DNA of 64,000 nucleotides from an uncultured bacterium (lineage in GTDB: Bacteria > Desulfobacterota_D > UBA1144 > Nemesobacterales > UBA2774): positions 2,368,001-2,432,000 of the forward strand of contig CAWGRW010000009.1 in the NCBI GenBank assembly GCA_963825135.1, written 5' to 3'. A program made the translations under genes and the position numbers. Of the stretch, positions 31,875 through 42,285 are shown one piece after another. Each line of letters opens with the position of its first letter. The stretch's first letter is position 1. The notes under the pieces were generated by a model. That model ran no database searches. It worked only from the letters and a program-made list of their open reading frames with translations, and had not been told where the DNA came from.

Positions 31875-32052
31875 TTCCGATTACTAAATCTAAGCTGAAT
31901 TAGCATTCAGCCCGCTTTACATAACCCCGGTATGATCAAGAATATCTGAAATTTCAACACATGTTAATAAAATTTCAGTCTATTCAGCACATTTATTATA
32001 ATGCCAAACTTATATATTGGCTATCCCGTATAGCATAAACGACGGGCGTCTT

Positions 32053-33663
32053 TTACAATATCCTGGTGTCCCGGGCAAGGCGTAAATCTCTGAAAAGATA
32101 ACGTTTTATTTTTCGGGTGGTGGTCTTGGGAAACTCTTCGAGTCTGAGCGCGAAGTGCCTGACCTTTTTATATGCTTCGAGTTCCCCGTTTGTCCTTCTC
32201 ACTTCACGCTGTATCAGCTCCCATAATTTATCCGGCGTGACTTGCTCCCCCATCTGCTCGAGCTTTTTTTGAGCCTCCTCCATCTGTGGGTATATGAGGG
32301 CCTGTATATCGACGTCGTCCGGACTGAAAACGAGCGCTTCTTCGATGAGCGGGGATTTGGTCAGCTTCTCTTCGATTTCTTCAGGAAAAACATTCTTTCC
32401 TCCCCTCGTGACTATTACGAATTTTTTTCTCCCCGTTATATACAGGTATCCGTCCTCGTCGAAGTACCCTATGTCGCCCGTGAGCAGCCACCCGTCCTGT
32501 GTGATAGCCTCGTCGGTAGCCGATTTGTTGTTGTAGTATCCGATCATGATATTGGGTCCCCTGGCCGCGATCTCTCCGTTCCCGTCGCTGTCGATATCCC
32601 TGATCTCCACATCGTTGCTCGGTATCACCATTCCGATGCTTTCGGGCTTGGGGTTCGAAGGCGGGTTCACGGTTATGAGAGGGGAGGCTTCCGACAGGCC
32701 GTAGCCCTGTATCACCTCGAGCCCGTAATCGAAAAGGCCCGAAGAGACCCAGCCGGGCAGCGCCGCACCGCCCGAGACTATAAGCCTGATTTCCTCGAAA
32801 CCGAGACTCCGCCTGATCTTCTGCTTAAGAAAGCTTCCCGGCATGAGACTGGCTAATAACCCTTTAATTCCAGTTTGGCCGGATATCTCCTTGTGAATCC
32901 TCAGATAAAGCTTCTCGAGAATGAGCGGAGCGCTCAGCCAGACGGTCGGCCTCGCGAGCTTGATATCCTCCATAAGTTCCCTCGGCTTTAACCCCCTGCC
33001 GTAAAAGACGCTCATACCGCTGCCGAATGTCGCTATAAGCCCGCCCGTGCACTCATACGAATGGTGTACGGGGAGTATGGAAAACGCCCTGTCTTCAGGT
33101 CCGTAGTTTATCGTCCTGTGAACGTCGTCGACGTTCGACATTATATTCCGGTGGCTGAGCATCACGCCCTTGGGGTCTCCGGTGGTCCCCGAAGTAAAGA
33201 GGATTTCGAGGAGACTGTCCGGGTCTAAATTCTCCATGGCCTGACCCGAGGCGTATCTGCCGCACAGGTCTTCGATATCGTCCATAAGGATTATTTGCTT
33301 CAGGTCTTTCAATTCGTGTGCTATGGATCGTATGCCGGTATTATACGAACCGGAAACGATTACGGCTTTCGCGGATGAGAAGGAAAGAATAAATCTATGG
33401 CTATCGAGCGGAGCGCGTGCGTCGAGCGGTATGGCGACCGCGCCTATCCAGGCAACCGCGAAAAGCGATATTCCCCACTCGGGCCTGTTTTCCCCCAGTA
33501 TAGCCACGTGGTCCCCTTTTCCTATGCCTAGCTCTTTCAAATGTCTCGCAAGCTTTTTGACGTATTCCAGGACCCTTCCGTAAGTAAGCTCGTACAGGGC
33601 GTTTTGTCTCGGAGTACGGTAAGCGATGTTGTCCGGGTACTTATCCGCGCTGTATTCGATCAT
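32053..33663 (-). CDS. Long-chain acyl-CoA synthetase (AMP-binding); true start may be 33753
   Basis: FTSGTTGDPKGV, QGYGLSE, TGDIG, ITGRKK, GKNVFPEEIE. Confidence 0.92.
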   Translation of the reverse strand: MIEYSADKYPDNIAYRTPRQNALYELTYGRVLEYVKKLARHLKELGIGKGDHVAILGENRPEWGISLFAVAWIGAVAIPLDARAPLDSHRFILSFSSAKAVIVSGSYNTGIRSIAHELKDLKQIILMDDIEDLCGRYASGQAMENLDPDSLLEILFTSGTTGDPKGVMLSHRNIMSNVDDVHRTINYGPEDRAFSILPVHHSYECTGGLIATFGSGMSVFYGRGLKPRELMEDIKLARPTVWLSAPLILEKLYLRIHKEISGQTGIKGLLASLMPGSFLKQKIRRSLGFEEIRLIVSGGAALPGWVSSGLFDYGLEVIQGYGLSEASPLITVNPPSNPKPESIGMVIPSNDVEIRDIDSDGNGEIAARGPNIMIGYYNNKSATDEAITQDGWLLTGDIGYFDEDGYLYITGRKKFVIVTRGGKNVFPEEIEEKLTKSPLIEEALVFSPDDVDIQALIYPQMEEAQKKLEQMGEQVTPDKLWELIQREVRRTNGELEAYKKVRHFALRLEEFPKTTTRKIKRYLFRDLRLARDTRIL

Positions 33664-33823
33664 ATCGGGAAGCGTAAATATCCCGAGACTCCCCCTGAAA
33701 GTCGGGATTTTCTTTAATGGTTTTGAGAATTTCTTCTTGAGAGATTGTTCGATTGCTTATGCTCCGTAAGTCAATTTTACTTTGAACAGGGGGTATCCTG
33801 CAAATAGCGATGCGCTTCCGGAT

Positions 33824-34150
33824 TCATTTTTTGAAGATGAAATAGGCCCCTCCGGCTATAAGGGCGAAGCCGAGTACGTAATTCCACCTCATCTGCTCAT
33901 TCAGGTAAAGGACGCTGAAGAAGGAAAATATCGTAAGCGAAATTACCTCCTGGATCGTTTTTAGCTCCACCGCCGTGAACTGCCCGTAGCCCCATCTGTT
34001 AGCCGGGACCTGGAAGCAATACTCCGCAAATGCGATGAGCCAGCTTAGGAGGATGACCTCCCAGAGCGGGAGGTACCTGAATTTGAGGTGTCCGGACCAG
34101 GCGAAGGTCATGAATATGTTGGAACAGATCAAAAGCGCTATGGTAATCAT
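33824..34150 (-). CDS. DMT family small membrane protein (DUF486-like)
   Basis: SNIFMTFAW.GHLK, SWLIAFAEYCFQVPANR, LKTIQEVISL. Confidence 0.88.
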   Translation of the reverse strand: MITIALLICSNIFMTFAWSGHLKFRYLPLWEVILLSWLIAFAEYCFQVPANRWGYGQFTAVELKTIQEVISLTIFSFFSVLYLNEQMRWNYVLGFALIAGGAYFIFKK

Positions 34151-34260
34151 TATCCGGGTCTCCTCGATTAGTATTTTAGCGGGGCAGGGCGCCCGTCTTC
34201 CGGTTGTACCCATTTCGGAATAATCGCTGACAAAGACAACTCTCCATAAACACTCGATAA

Positions 34261-34304
34261 ATCATATCGGGTCTATTGACATTTTGTCAAAATAAACCTA
34301 TACC
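34261..34304. promoter_or_regulatory. Back-to-back sigma70 promoters sharing palindrome TTGACA-TTT-TGTCAA
   Basis: Plus strand TTGACA-N17-TATACC; minus strand TTGACA-N18-TATGAT. Confidence 0.55.
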
Positions 34305-34349
34305 TCGTCATAGATGTATATGCTGGAAACCAAAGGAGGCGTGTTTGGT

Positions 34350-35807
34350 ATGCGGAAATATATTGCTATTATTTCGAAACTGACATCCGGGGTGGTTCTG
34401 CCGGCACTAATAATTTTTATGGTCTTCAATGCGGGTAATTCCCTTGCGCAATCCTCAGGAGGGTCATCGGGGACCAACATCCTTTTTATACTCGACGCTT
34501 CGGGGAGCATGGCGGCCAAGATCGACGGCAAGCCCAAAATGGACGTCGCGAAAGAGGTCATGACCGATCTGATAGACGGGCTGCCCGACAGTGTGAACGT
34601 GGGTCTCGAGGTTTACGGGCACAGGAGTAAGGGCGATTGCAACGATATCGAGACCATGGCCGACGTAGGGGCGATCAACAAGCAGGCCCTCGTCGACAAG
34701 ATAAATTCGATACAGCCGAAAGGGAAAACCCCTATCGCCAAATCACTCCAGATGGCCGGGGAGAAACTGAACGCCTCCGAAGACGAGACTACCATTATAC
34801 TGGTGAGCGACGGAGAAGAAACCTGTGAGGGCAACGCCTGCACCTATGTAAAAGACCTGAGGGAGAAAGGCATCAACGTCAAGGTGCATGTCGTCGGTTT
34901 CGATGTCGGTCAGAAGGAAAAAGAGCAGCTGAGTTGTATAGCCGAGGCGGGCGGAGGGAGGTATTACACCGCTAACAACGCTGATCAGCTTAAACAGGCG
35001 CTATCGGAGGTAAAAGAGGAAGTGGTCGCGAAGGCCGCGGAACCTCCGGCAGTCTCAAAACTGAAAACTCTTCCCAAGGGAGGGGACAGGCCAGAAACAG
35101 CCGTTCCCGTCGAGCCCGGGGATTATGAGACGGATCATGTGATACCAAAGAATACCCGCGAGTATTTCTCGGTCAAGCTGAAGGCGGGACAGACGCTGGG
35201 CGTCGGAGTCCGTACGCCCGACAGCGAGAACCCTTACGCCGGGGTCGGTATCTATAACGAATCCGGGAACCTCGTCGTTCACGAGAATATAATTGGGAGC
35301 GAAGGCACCCTGAAGACAGTAAGCTGGATGACTAATTCGGCGAAAGACGAGTACACGTACTATTTCAGCGCCGGTAACGAGTACGACCCCACCCCCAAGG
35401 GGACTGCGTACTATATAAAGGTCGTGGATGATTCCGATATAGGCGGCACGACCGACGCGGGGGATATTTTCGATAACGCCATGGGAATGGAACCCGGAAA
35501 GTATAACGGATTCCTGTCCGGGACATGGGGAGAGGACAAGAAGGATTATTATACGGTTCCCATGAAAGCGGAACAGAAACTGAGCGTTAAAGTGACTCCC
35601 GCTACGGATACGGGGTTCAGTGTTTCCATACTGGACCAGGACCGGGTAAACGTCGCTCAGAAGTCCTCGGCGAATCCGGGGGCCATAACCAGGGTCTCAT
35701 GGTCGGCGGCCGAGGATCAGGAGGTAGTTTATATACTGGTCGAGCCCAACGACTACCCGGACAAATCAACGGCTTTAAAATATGACCTGAGTGTCACACT
35801 CGAATGA
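34350..35807 (+). CDS. Secreted VWA-domain protein with two C-terminal PPC-like beta domains
   Basis: MIDAS DASGSM, GKTPIA, LVSDGEETC; repeated G(G/A)D..E/D.A..EPG.Y. Confidence 0.85.
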   Translation: MRKYIAIISKLTSGVVLPALIIFMVFNAGNSLAQSSGGSSGTNILFILDASGSMAAKIDGKPKMDVAKEVMTDLIDGLPDSVNVGLEVYGHRSKGDCNDIETMADVGAINKQALVDKINSIQPKGKTPIAKSLQMAGEKLNASEDETTIILVSDGEETCEGNACTYVKDLREKGINVKVHVVGFDVGQKEKEQLSCIAEAGGGRYYTANNADQLKQALSEVKEEVVAKAAEPPAVSKLKTLPKGGDRPETAVPVEPGDYETDHVIPKNTREYFSVKLKAGQTLGVGVRTPDSENPYAGVGIYNESGNLVVHENIIGSEGTLKTVSWMTNSAKDEYTYYFSAGNEYDPTPKGTAYYIKVVDDSDIGGTTDAGDIFDNAMGMEPGKYNGFLSGTWGEDKKDYYTVPMKAEQKLSVKVTPATDTGFSVSILDQDRVNVAQKSSANPGAITRVSWSAAEDQEVVYILVEPNDYPDKSTALKYDLSVTLE

Positions 35808-35912
35808 CGGATCGAGCCAGGGACAATTAAGAGCAGTGAATCGTTAACCGTATTTGCCGCAGCAAAGGAAATCTCTTGAACGGGACCCCGGAATACAACA
35901 GGGTCCCGTTTC

Positions 35913-36671
35913 TTATTTTAGATCCGGGAGAATCTCCACGATGTCCGGGAATGTCGGAATTATATATTCGGGTTCGGGATTTAAATCATCCTCCGCCTGG
36001 TTTTTATTGTTCAGCCATACGGCGTCCATGCCCACGCCCTTCGCCCCGCATATATCCGCTCCGAAATTATCGCCCACGAAGAGAGCCTCCTCGGGCAGTA
36101 TGTTCAGGAGCTCGATCGCCCTCCTGAAGATTACGGGCTTCGGTTTCCTCCAGCCCACTTCTTCCGATATTACTATGCTTTCGAAATAGCGCCCTATCCC
36201 GAATTTCCGGATGAGCGAATATGCCGTCGGCGCATAATCGAAGTTGGAAATAATAGCCATGCGGTAACCCTTGTTTCTCACGTCATCCAGCGCCTTTTCA
36301 TTTTCTCCCGGGAATTCGACCGTCCGGGCAAGACCCTCCATATGAGCCCGCACCATTTCGTCCGCCGCGAGCCCGGCGTTATTATCGACGGGTATTTTCA
36401 TGTCACCGAGCATGAGCATAAACCTGTCGCGGTTCGGATACTCTCTCCATTCGACCTGCTTCATATTCTGGAACCGGTGATAACTTTCTACGAAATAGGG
36501 ATAGAACTCAGCGAACGTGATGCCGGGGTAAAACCCGGAGAAGACGGAATATACCTCGTGACTCGTCGTCCTCGACCTTACCCCCTGTAGATCGATCGCT
36601 GGCAGGCGGCTGAAATCGAAGTTGAATATGGTATCGAAGAGGTCGAAAATGACGGTCGTGTACTTTTTCAT
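35913..36671 (-). CDS. HAD family hydrolase
   Basis: FDLFDT, ISN, WRKPKPVIF, FVGDNFGADICGA. Confidence 0.92.
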   Translation of the reverse strand: MKKYTTVIFDLFDTIFNFDFSRLPAIDLQGVRSRTTSHEVYSVFSGFYPGITFAEFYPYFVESYHRFQNMKQVEWREYPNRDRFMLMLGDMKIPVDNNAGLAADEMVRAHMEGLARTVEFPGENEKALDDVRNKGYRMAIISNFDYAPTAYSLIRKFGIGRYFESIVISEEVGWRKPKPVIFRRAIELLNILPEEALFVGDNFGADICGAKGVGMDAVWLNNKNQAEDDLNPEPEYIIPTFPDIVEILPDLK

Positions 36672-36703
36672 TTCCTGGTGCCGGGATCACAATACGCCCT
36701 ATG

Positions 36704-37078
36704 TCAGCGGTGACTCACCGCCCTTTCGAGGATTACCTCTATAATGTTTTCATGGACCCCGAGGGGCTCCGTCACGTAATAGCTCACGCCCTTGTGTTTG
36801 CTTGCGGCCTCGGCCGCCATTCTGGGTATGTCCTGTGTCGAGTGCTTTCCGGGGACAAGAAAATAGGGGTGGATCACGATGTGGCTTGCGCCCTCCGCGG
36901 CGCAAGCGTCAAAGGCCTGAGCTATGGTGGGTTCCGCAAGCTCCATGTGGCAGTACCTTACCATATCGAAGCCGCACCTCTCGTTCGATTTTATCAGTTC
37001 CGCTATTTCGGCGAGCATAGCGTTTGCTTCCCCCACCGTGCTGCCGTGATCCACGATAATAAGGGCTTTCTTGCTCAT
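36704..37078 (-). CDS. CbiX/SirB-type sirohydrochlorin chelatase (single domain)
   Basis: IVDHGS, HMELAEPTI, PYFLVPGKHSTQDIP, EPLGVH. Confidence 0.88.
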   Translation of the reverse strand: MSKKALIIVDHGSTVGEANAMLAEIAELIKSNERCGFDMVRYCHMELAEPTIAQAFDACAAEGASHIVIHPYFLVPGKHSTQDIPRMAAEAASKHKGVSYYVTEPLGVHENIIEVILERAVSHR

Positions 37079-37141
37079 GTTCTATCCCGGGTTTCTATCT
37101 GACGCCGCCGTGTAATAGGTCCATCTGCGGCTAATGCGAGT

Positions 37142-38311
37142 TTAGCCCATATTGATTGCGTTCAGCTTTACCGCTTCGAGTACTATTTCCGAGCAGCGGA
37201 AAAATTCTTCGAGCACCAGATACTCGTTTACGGTGTGGAGCTCGTACATTCCCGTTCCGAGGTTTACGCACTCTACACCCATCTTGTTGAAATAATTGGC
37301 GTCGCATCCGCCCCCGCTCGTATGGTGTTCGATCTTATGTCCGATGTTCGATACGGCGGTCTCCACGAGGCGCGCGGGTATCGACTCCGGGGGGACGTCC
37401 ATCCTGTCGTAGCTCCTGTCTATCTTCTCTTCGAGCGTCGCAACGCGCGTCGTACCCTCTAATGAAAGGTCGTCGTGAATCGTGACTTCGTATTTGGAGA
37501 CGGCATCGTGGAAACATCTTCGCATATGGTCGACCTGGGCTTTTAACGCTTCCTCGCTGTGGCTCCTCGCTTCTCCGACCGCGTTGACGAGGTTGGGGAT
37601 AATATTCGTCGCCCTCCCTCCCCGTATTATCCCTATGTTGGCGGTGGTAATGTCGTCGATCCTGCCAAGCTTCATCTGTGATATGGCTTCGCTCGCGATC
37701 TTAATGGCGCTGAGCCCGTTCTCCGGGCATACACCCGCATGCGCTTCGAGGCCGTGCACCGTAAACTCCATTTTTACTGCGGAGGGGCACCTGAGAACGA
37801 GCCTCGACGGCGTGCTGCTGTCGAGCACGATTCCGTACCTGGAAACGAATTTCGATATGTCAATAAATTTTGCGCCGAGCAGCCCGATCTCCTCACAAAT
37901 TGTAAACGCGACCTCGATATCCCCATGGGGTATGTTCTTTTCTTTAAGTGTTCGAAGCACCTCCACGATTACGGCGAGCCCGCTTTTATCGTCACTCCCC
38001 AGGATCGTGGTACCGTCGCTTCTTATTATGCCGTTCTCGACCCTGGGCTTAATGCCTTCGCCGGGCCCTACCGTGTCCATGTGCGCGGATAGAAAAAAGG
38101 GCTGAACGCCTGATTTGCTGCCTTTGAGCTTTACGATAAGGTTCCCTACGTTGCCGTTTACCTTTTCACCCGCGTCGTCGTAAAGGCATTCTGCCCCCAG
38201 ATCCCTCATTTCCTTTTCGAGCCTAGTCGCGACGTCTTTTTCCCTTCTCGACGGACTGTCGATTCTGATCAGCTCCATTACGTGCTCGGTCATTCTTTCG
38301 GTATTTATCAT
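37142..38311 (-). CDS. M20 family peptidase (peptidase T-like)
   Basis: SAHMDTV, GSDDKSG, EEIGLLG, GGGCDAN, HTVNE. Confidence 0.92.
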   Translation of the reverse strand: MINTERMTEHVMELIRIDSPSRREKDVATRLEKEMRDLGAECLYDDAGEKVNGNVGNLIVKLKGSKSGVQPFFLSAHMDTVGPGEGIKPRVENGIIRSDGTTILGSDDKSGLAVIVEVLRTLKEKNIPHGDIEVAFTICEEIGLLGAKFIDISKFVSRYGIVLDSSTPSRLVLRCPSAVKMEFTVHGLEAHAGVCPENGLSAIKIASEAISQMKLGRIDDITTANIGIIRGGRATNIIPNLVNAVGEARSHSEEALKAQVDHMRRCFHDAVSKYEVTIHDDLSLEGTTRVATLEEKIDRSYDRMDVPPESIPARLVETAVSNIGHKIEHHTSGGGCDANYFNKMGVECVNLGTGMYELHTVNEYLVLEEFFRCSEIVLEAVKLNAINMG

Positions 38312-38576
38312 AAGAGCTCCCGGCCTGATATCAGTGCGATTACATCATAACAATATGATATTCGACGATACAAGGCTTAATCAGTATAACTAAAGCTCAC
38401 GAGTTTAGAAATCAATGCGGGTTTGCGTATGCCGGGGCAGGGGATGCTGAATCGACTATGAAAAATCGGGACTTAAGATGGCCCGGTCGGATAGCCGGAC
38501 GCGGTTTGTCTGTTCGCTTGTTTGATTCGCGATTGGTGAATGTGTATTCCTGTTTTGTTGCTTATTGCTTATCTAT

Positions 38577-38834
38577 TTATTCCCCCATCAATTCCCTTAT
38601 TGCGTCAATAACTTTCCCGAGCTCCGCTCTGTTAAGAGAATAGAATCGGTTTTGTTTGATTTTCCGCTCATTGATCAGCCCCGCTTCTTTTAATATCTTC
38701 AAATGGTTTGAGACTGTGGGTTGTGAGATATTGAACTTGCTTGCTATTTCACCCGCACTTGCGTCGCTTTTCCCTAATATCTTCAGTATTGTCCTTCTCC
38801 GTTCGTCGCTTATCGCCTTGAAAGCACAGCCCAT
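38577..38834 (-). CDS. ArsR/SmtB (SdpR-like) repressor, copy 1
   Basis: FKAISDERRRTIL, AGEIASKFNISQPTVSNHLKILKEAGL; GGAG SD before MGC. Confidence 0.9.
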   Translation of the reverse strand: MGCAFKAISDERRRTILKILGKSDASAGEIASKFNISQPTVSNHLKILKEAGLINERKIKQNRFYSLNRAELGKVIDAIRELMGE

Positions 38835-39271
38835 TTCATCTCCCGTATGGTTCGTAATTAGAGAATTATAAAAATTCATTCTATATGATGAGCTTTGTAA
38901 AATCAACAGTGCACTTAAGAAATTATTGAGAATTGATTATGATTCAATCCTGAATCGGGCATGAACGGATCGGGTTTTATTCGTTTGTATGCAATAACAA
39001 CGCAGTGTTTTTTTGGAAAAAATTGTTATTCGTTGGTGGACCCGGACTCGGTTCCGAGATTTGATGCCGGCGGGATTTAAGAAAGAAGCGTCGAGGCTGT
39101 TTGTGCCGGATACGCGTCGATAGAGAGCAGTCGCCGCTTTGTTATATCATGCGACGATAGAGCTTATGCAGGGAAAGGGGGAGATGCATCCGTTCTCCTC
39201 ACCCGAGTTCCTGGGTATGGAATAGAGAGCGTGAAAAAGGGCTGCGCCAGCGATTCCCGGCGCCTTCTTCC

Positions 39272-39709
39272 TCATTTGGAGATCGCGCGGTCTATGGACC
39301 AGATGCCGCCGCCCTTAATGAGCACGATCAATCCCAGTCCCACGGCTAACAGATGGTACTCGAAACCCTCTCCGGCTCCGCTGCCGCCCCAGTTCATGAA
39401 AAAGCCGTTCTGGAGGTGCACCGTAACGATCGCCCCGAGCATTATGATTGTTATGCCGAACGCTGCAATGCGGCTGAGGAAGCCCAGTATCAGACCCAGG
39501 GCCCCGAAGGATTCTCCGATGATTATCAGGATGGCGACGAATGCCGGGAGTCCGCTCCCCACGAAGAATTCGACCGTATCGGAGAAACCCGCGCCCCCGA
39601 ACAGCCCCAGCAGTTTTTGTAAGCCGTGCGGAAGTATCACGATCCCGAGAGTGATTCTTGCTATGAACGCGCCTATATCATCGCTGGTACGAAGTATCGA
39701 AGCTAACAT
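39272..39709 (-). CDS. DoxX family membrane protein
   Basis: RITLG...PHGLQKLLG, GFFMNW, GFEYHLL, GGGIWSID. Confidence 0.92.
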   Translation of the reverse strand: MLASILRTSDDIGAFIARITLGIVILPHGLQKLLGLFGGAGFSDTVEFFVGSGLPAFVAILIIIGESFGALGLILGFLSRIAAFGITIIMLGAIVTVHLQNGFFMNWGGSGAGEGFEYHLLAVGLGLIVLIKGGGIWSIDRAISK

Positions 39710-40488
39710 GGAGCAGCACCCCCGCGGCTTTTACGGACAATCCATACACATCATATTCTATCTTACAAGGTGAGGGATGAACAAGGGGAGATTATTGCGC
39801 GCAAATCCGCCGTTAATACACTTCCAATCGTGCTTCATGCCACCTTCCCGGGAAGCATGAAGTCATCTATATCTAAACCTTGCAGGCCCGGAATATAGGG
39901 GATATATAAGTAGTAATTCTTGCATCGTATATGAAATATATTGCTCTAACGAAATAGGGCGCCTTTTAGTGTTGCGGCGTAAATTAACATTTCGGATGAA
40001 AGAGCTCTTTTTTATTAATTAAGAAGCTTAATGTAACGCTTGAAAATGCGAACTGCACTCATGTTACGCTTTAAATATTGCTTGCAATATACTGACAATA
40101 CAGAGAATTAATACCTCATAAAATGGTTTAAGTGGATTTTTCCACCTTTAGATGTCGATTTTTAAAGATTTAATTTCTAAGGGCGGAAAAGAGGTGCGCT
40201 AACTAACCAGCCGTAATTAATATGAAACCCGTCCCTAATGTAAATTATCAGTTTACGGCCCAAACTTAAAGAGAAAATATTCGGAACGGCGGGATTGATC
40301 GGGGATGTAGTATAGGAGGCATATAAAAGCAATAAAAGCATACAGAAAATATGACTATATTCTATCTATGTAATATATATTCATTATCTATCGTCATCCA
40401 TATATAATGGCTATTCTGAAAATATAACGATCTGAGAATATAGGCTCAGGGACCGGGTAATAAAAATGGTACGGCTCCGGTAGACCGG

Positions 40489-41004
40489 CTATTTACCGGG
40501 CGAGACGGCTTGTAATGCGGTATCCTCGATTCTTATTCTCCGCCTGAGAACAAGCAGGTTCAGCAGACTGAAAACCGCAGAGGTTATATAGCATGAAAAG
40601 ATAAGGGGGATAACTGCGATCTCTATCGCTACGGCGAGATAATTCGGGTGTTTGAGATATCGATACGGTCCTTTTCTGATGATCGGATTCCCGGGCACGA
40701 CGAACACTTTCGTGTTCCAATAAATGCCGAGGCTCATGATAGACCAGTACCTGAGCGCCTGCGTCAGGAGAAATATCACGATCAAGACCGGCCAGTGCTC
40801 GTTGAGGGTCCTTCCCAGGAGGAGGTATTCGGATACTAGGGATAGGAAGAACGCGGCATGCATCAGGACGATAAATTTATAACCCCCGGCGTCGGACTCT
40901 ATCGCTCCCATTTTTCTTACGGTACTTTCGTTCCGCCTGGCAAGAACCAGCTCGAGTATGCGCTGGATTACGAGTAAAGTTACAAATAGAAAAAATAGCG
41001 TCAT
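40489..41004 (-). CDS. Isoprenylcysteine-carboxyl-methyltransferase-like protein (BpsB/SrsB type)
   Basis: QRILEL, LRYW...LG.YWNTK, GPYRYLKHPNY, RIRIE; TAATG overlap with the PKS stop. Confidence 0.9.
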   Translation of the reverse strand: MTLFFLFVTLLVIQRILELVLARRNESTVRKMGAIESDAGGYKFIVLMHAAFFLSLVSEYLLLGRTLNEHWPVLIVIFLLTQALRYWSIMSLGIYWNTKVFVVPGNPIIRKGPYRYLKHPNYLAVAIEIAVIPLIFSCYITSAVFSLLNLLVLRRRIRIEDTALQAVSPGK

Positions 41005-42065
41005 TATGTTTTGAACAGCAGGAGCTCCGAGCTGAAACCGGGTCCGAGCGCGGAAATAATACCGTATTCCCCTCTGCTTCCGGGTTCTCCGTCGATGAAC
41101 TCTTTTAAGACGTACAGGACCGTGGAAGAGGACATGTTTCCGTGTTCCCTCAATACCTTCCTCGAATACGTGAACGCCCCTTCTTCCAATCCAAGAGAGC
41201 TCTCGTATTCGCTCAGCACCTTCGGTCCTCCCGGATGGACGATATAGTGTTTCAGGTCGCTGACGGAGATGCCCCGGCCGGATGCAAGCTCCTCGATATT
41301 CACCCTGACTCTCTCTCTGACTATCGAGGGGATGTCCTTACTGAATATCGCTTTGAACCCGTCGTCTACAATCTCCCAGCCCATTATATCCAGAGAGTCG
41401 TAGTAAGTGGTGGAAAGTGATTCAACCAGATCGATGTTCGAGAGCTGATAGAGTTTGTTTTCCTTTCCCGCGACTATTACCGCCGCGGCGCCGTCGGCAA
41501 ACAGCGCGAGCGATACTATATTGCTTTTTGAGTGGTCGTGACCGTGAAACGCCAGACTGCACAACTCGGAGGCTATCAGGAGGGCGGCGCTTTTAGGAAA
41601 GGCTTTCGTATATTCGAGCGCGCGGCTCAGTCCGGCCGCCCCTCCCGCGCATCCAAGGCCCCAGACCGGAGTGCGCTTTATATGGCTGTCGAGCCTTAGC
41701 TCGTTCAATAGTAAAGCATCGACTGTAGGGGTCGCCACCCCGGTGCTCGAAACGTATATGATGTGGTCGAAATCCCCCGTGTCCCCGCCGTATTTACCGA
41801 GGCAGTCTTTTATGGCCGAGTTTGATAAGGACAGCGATCCTAGCCTGTAGGACTCGGAACGCTCCTTGAAGCTCTTTTCATTTTCAAACCATTCCCTGGG
41901 ATTGATGAAGCCCCGGGTTTCGATCTGCGAATTGTCGAATACGTCGAGCATCCTGCCGGGCTCCTGTCCGTTTCTCGAGAGCAGGTCTCGTGCGAATTTT
42001 TTAAGTTCGCACTGACGGAATTCATAAGGCACCTTTGCCGTGCCGACGGATATGACTCTCGACAT
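41004..42065 (-). CDS. Type III polyketide synthase (BpsA/SrsA type)
   Basis: Triad GLGCAGG, HPGG, HGNMSS; ALFADGAAA; ALGPGFSSE. Confidence 0.93.
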   Translation of the reverse strand: MSRVISVGTAKVPYEFRQCELKKFARDLLSRNGQEPGRMLDVFDNSQIETRGFINPREWFENEKSFKERSESYRLGSLSLSNSAIKDCLGKYGGDTGDFDHIIYVSSTGVATPTVDALLLNELRLDSHIKRTPVWGLGCAGGAAGLSRALEYTKAFPKSAALLIASELCSLAFHGHDHSKSNIVSLALFADGAAAVIVAGKENKLYQLSNIDLVESLSTTYYDSLDIMGWEIVDDGFKAIFSKDIPSIVRERVRVNIEELASGRGISVSDLKHYIVHPGGPKVLSEYESSLGLEEGAFTYSRKVLREHGNMSSSTVLYVLKEFIDGEPGSRGEYGIISALGPGFSSELLLFKT

Positions 42066-42179
42066 TAATTTACGGCCCCTGACGCAAAACGCAGTTCTGT
42101 TAAGATACTCGGGATGTTGTAATCGACCCCTTACCTGATTAGGTATAAACAACTACGGTATATACATGAGTATATAGAT

Positions 42180-42217
42180 AAAAAGCCGTTACCGGTAATG
42201 TGACGCCGGAAACGGCT
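42180..42217 (-). terminator. Intrinsic terminator after ArsR copy 2
   Basis: AGCCGTTTCCGG...CCGGTAACGGCT followed by T tract. Confidence 0.65.
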
Positions 42218-42285
42218 CTATCTGATAGTTCTGAATTCTCTACTCTCTTCCTGAATTAGTGACTAATATCGAATAGCCATGATTA

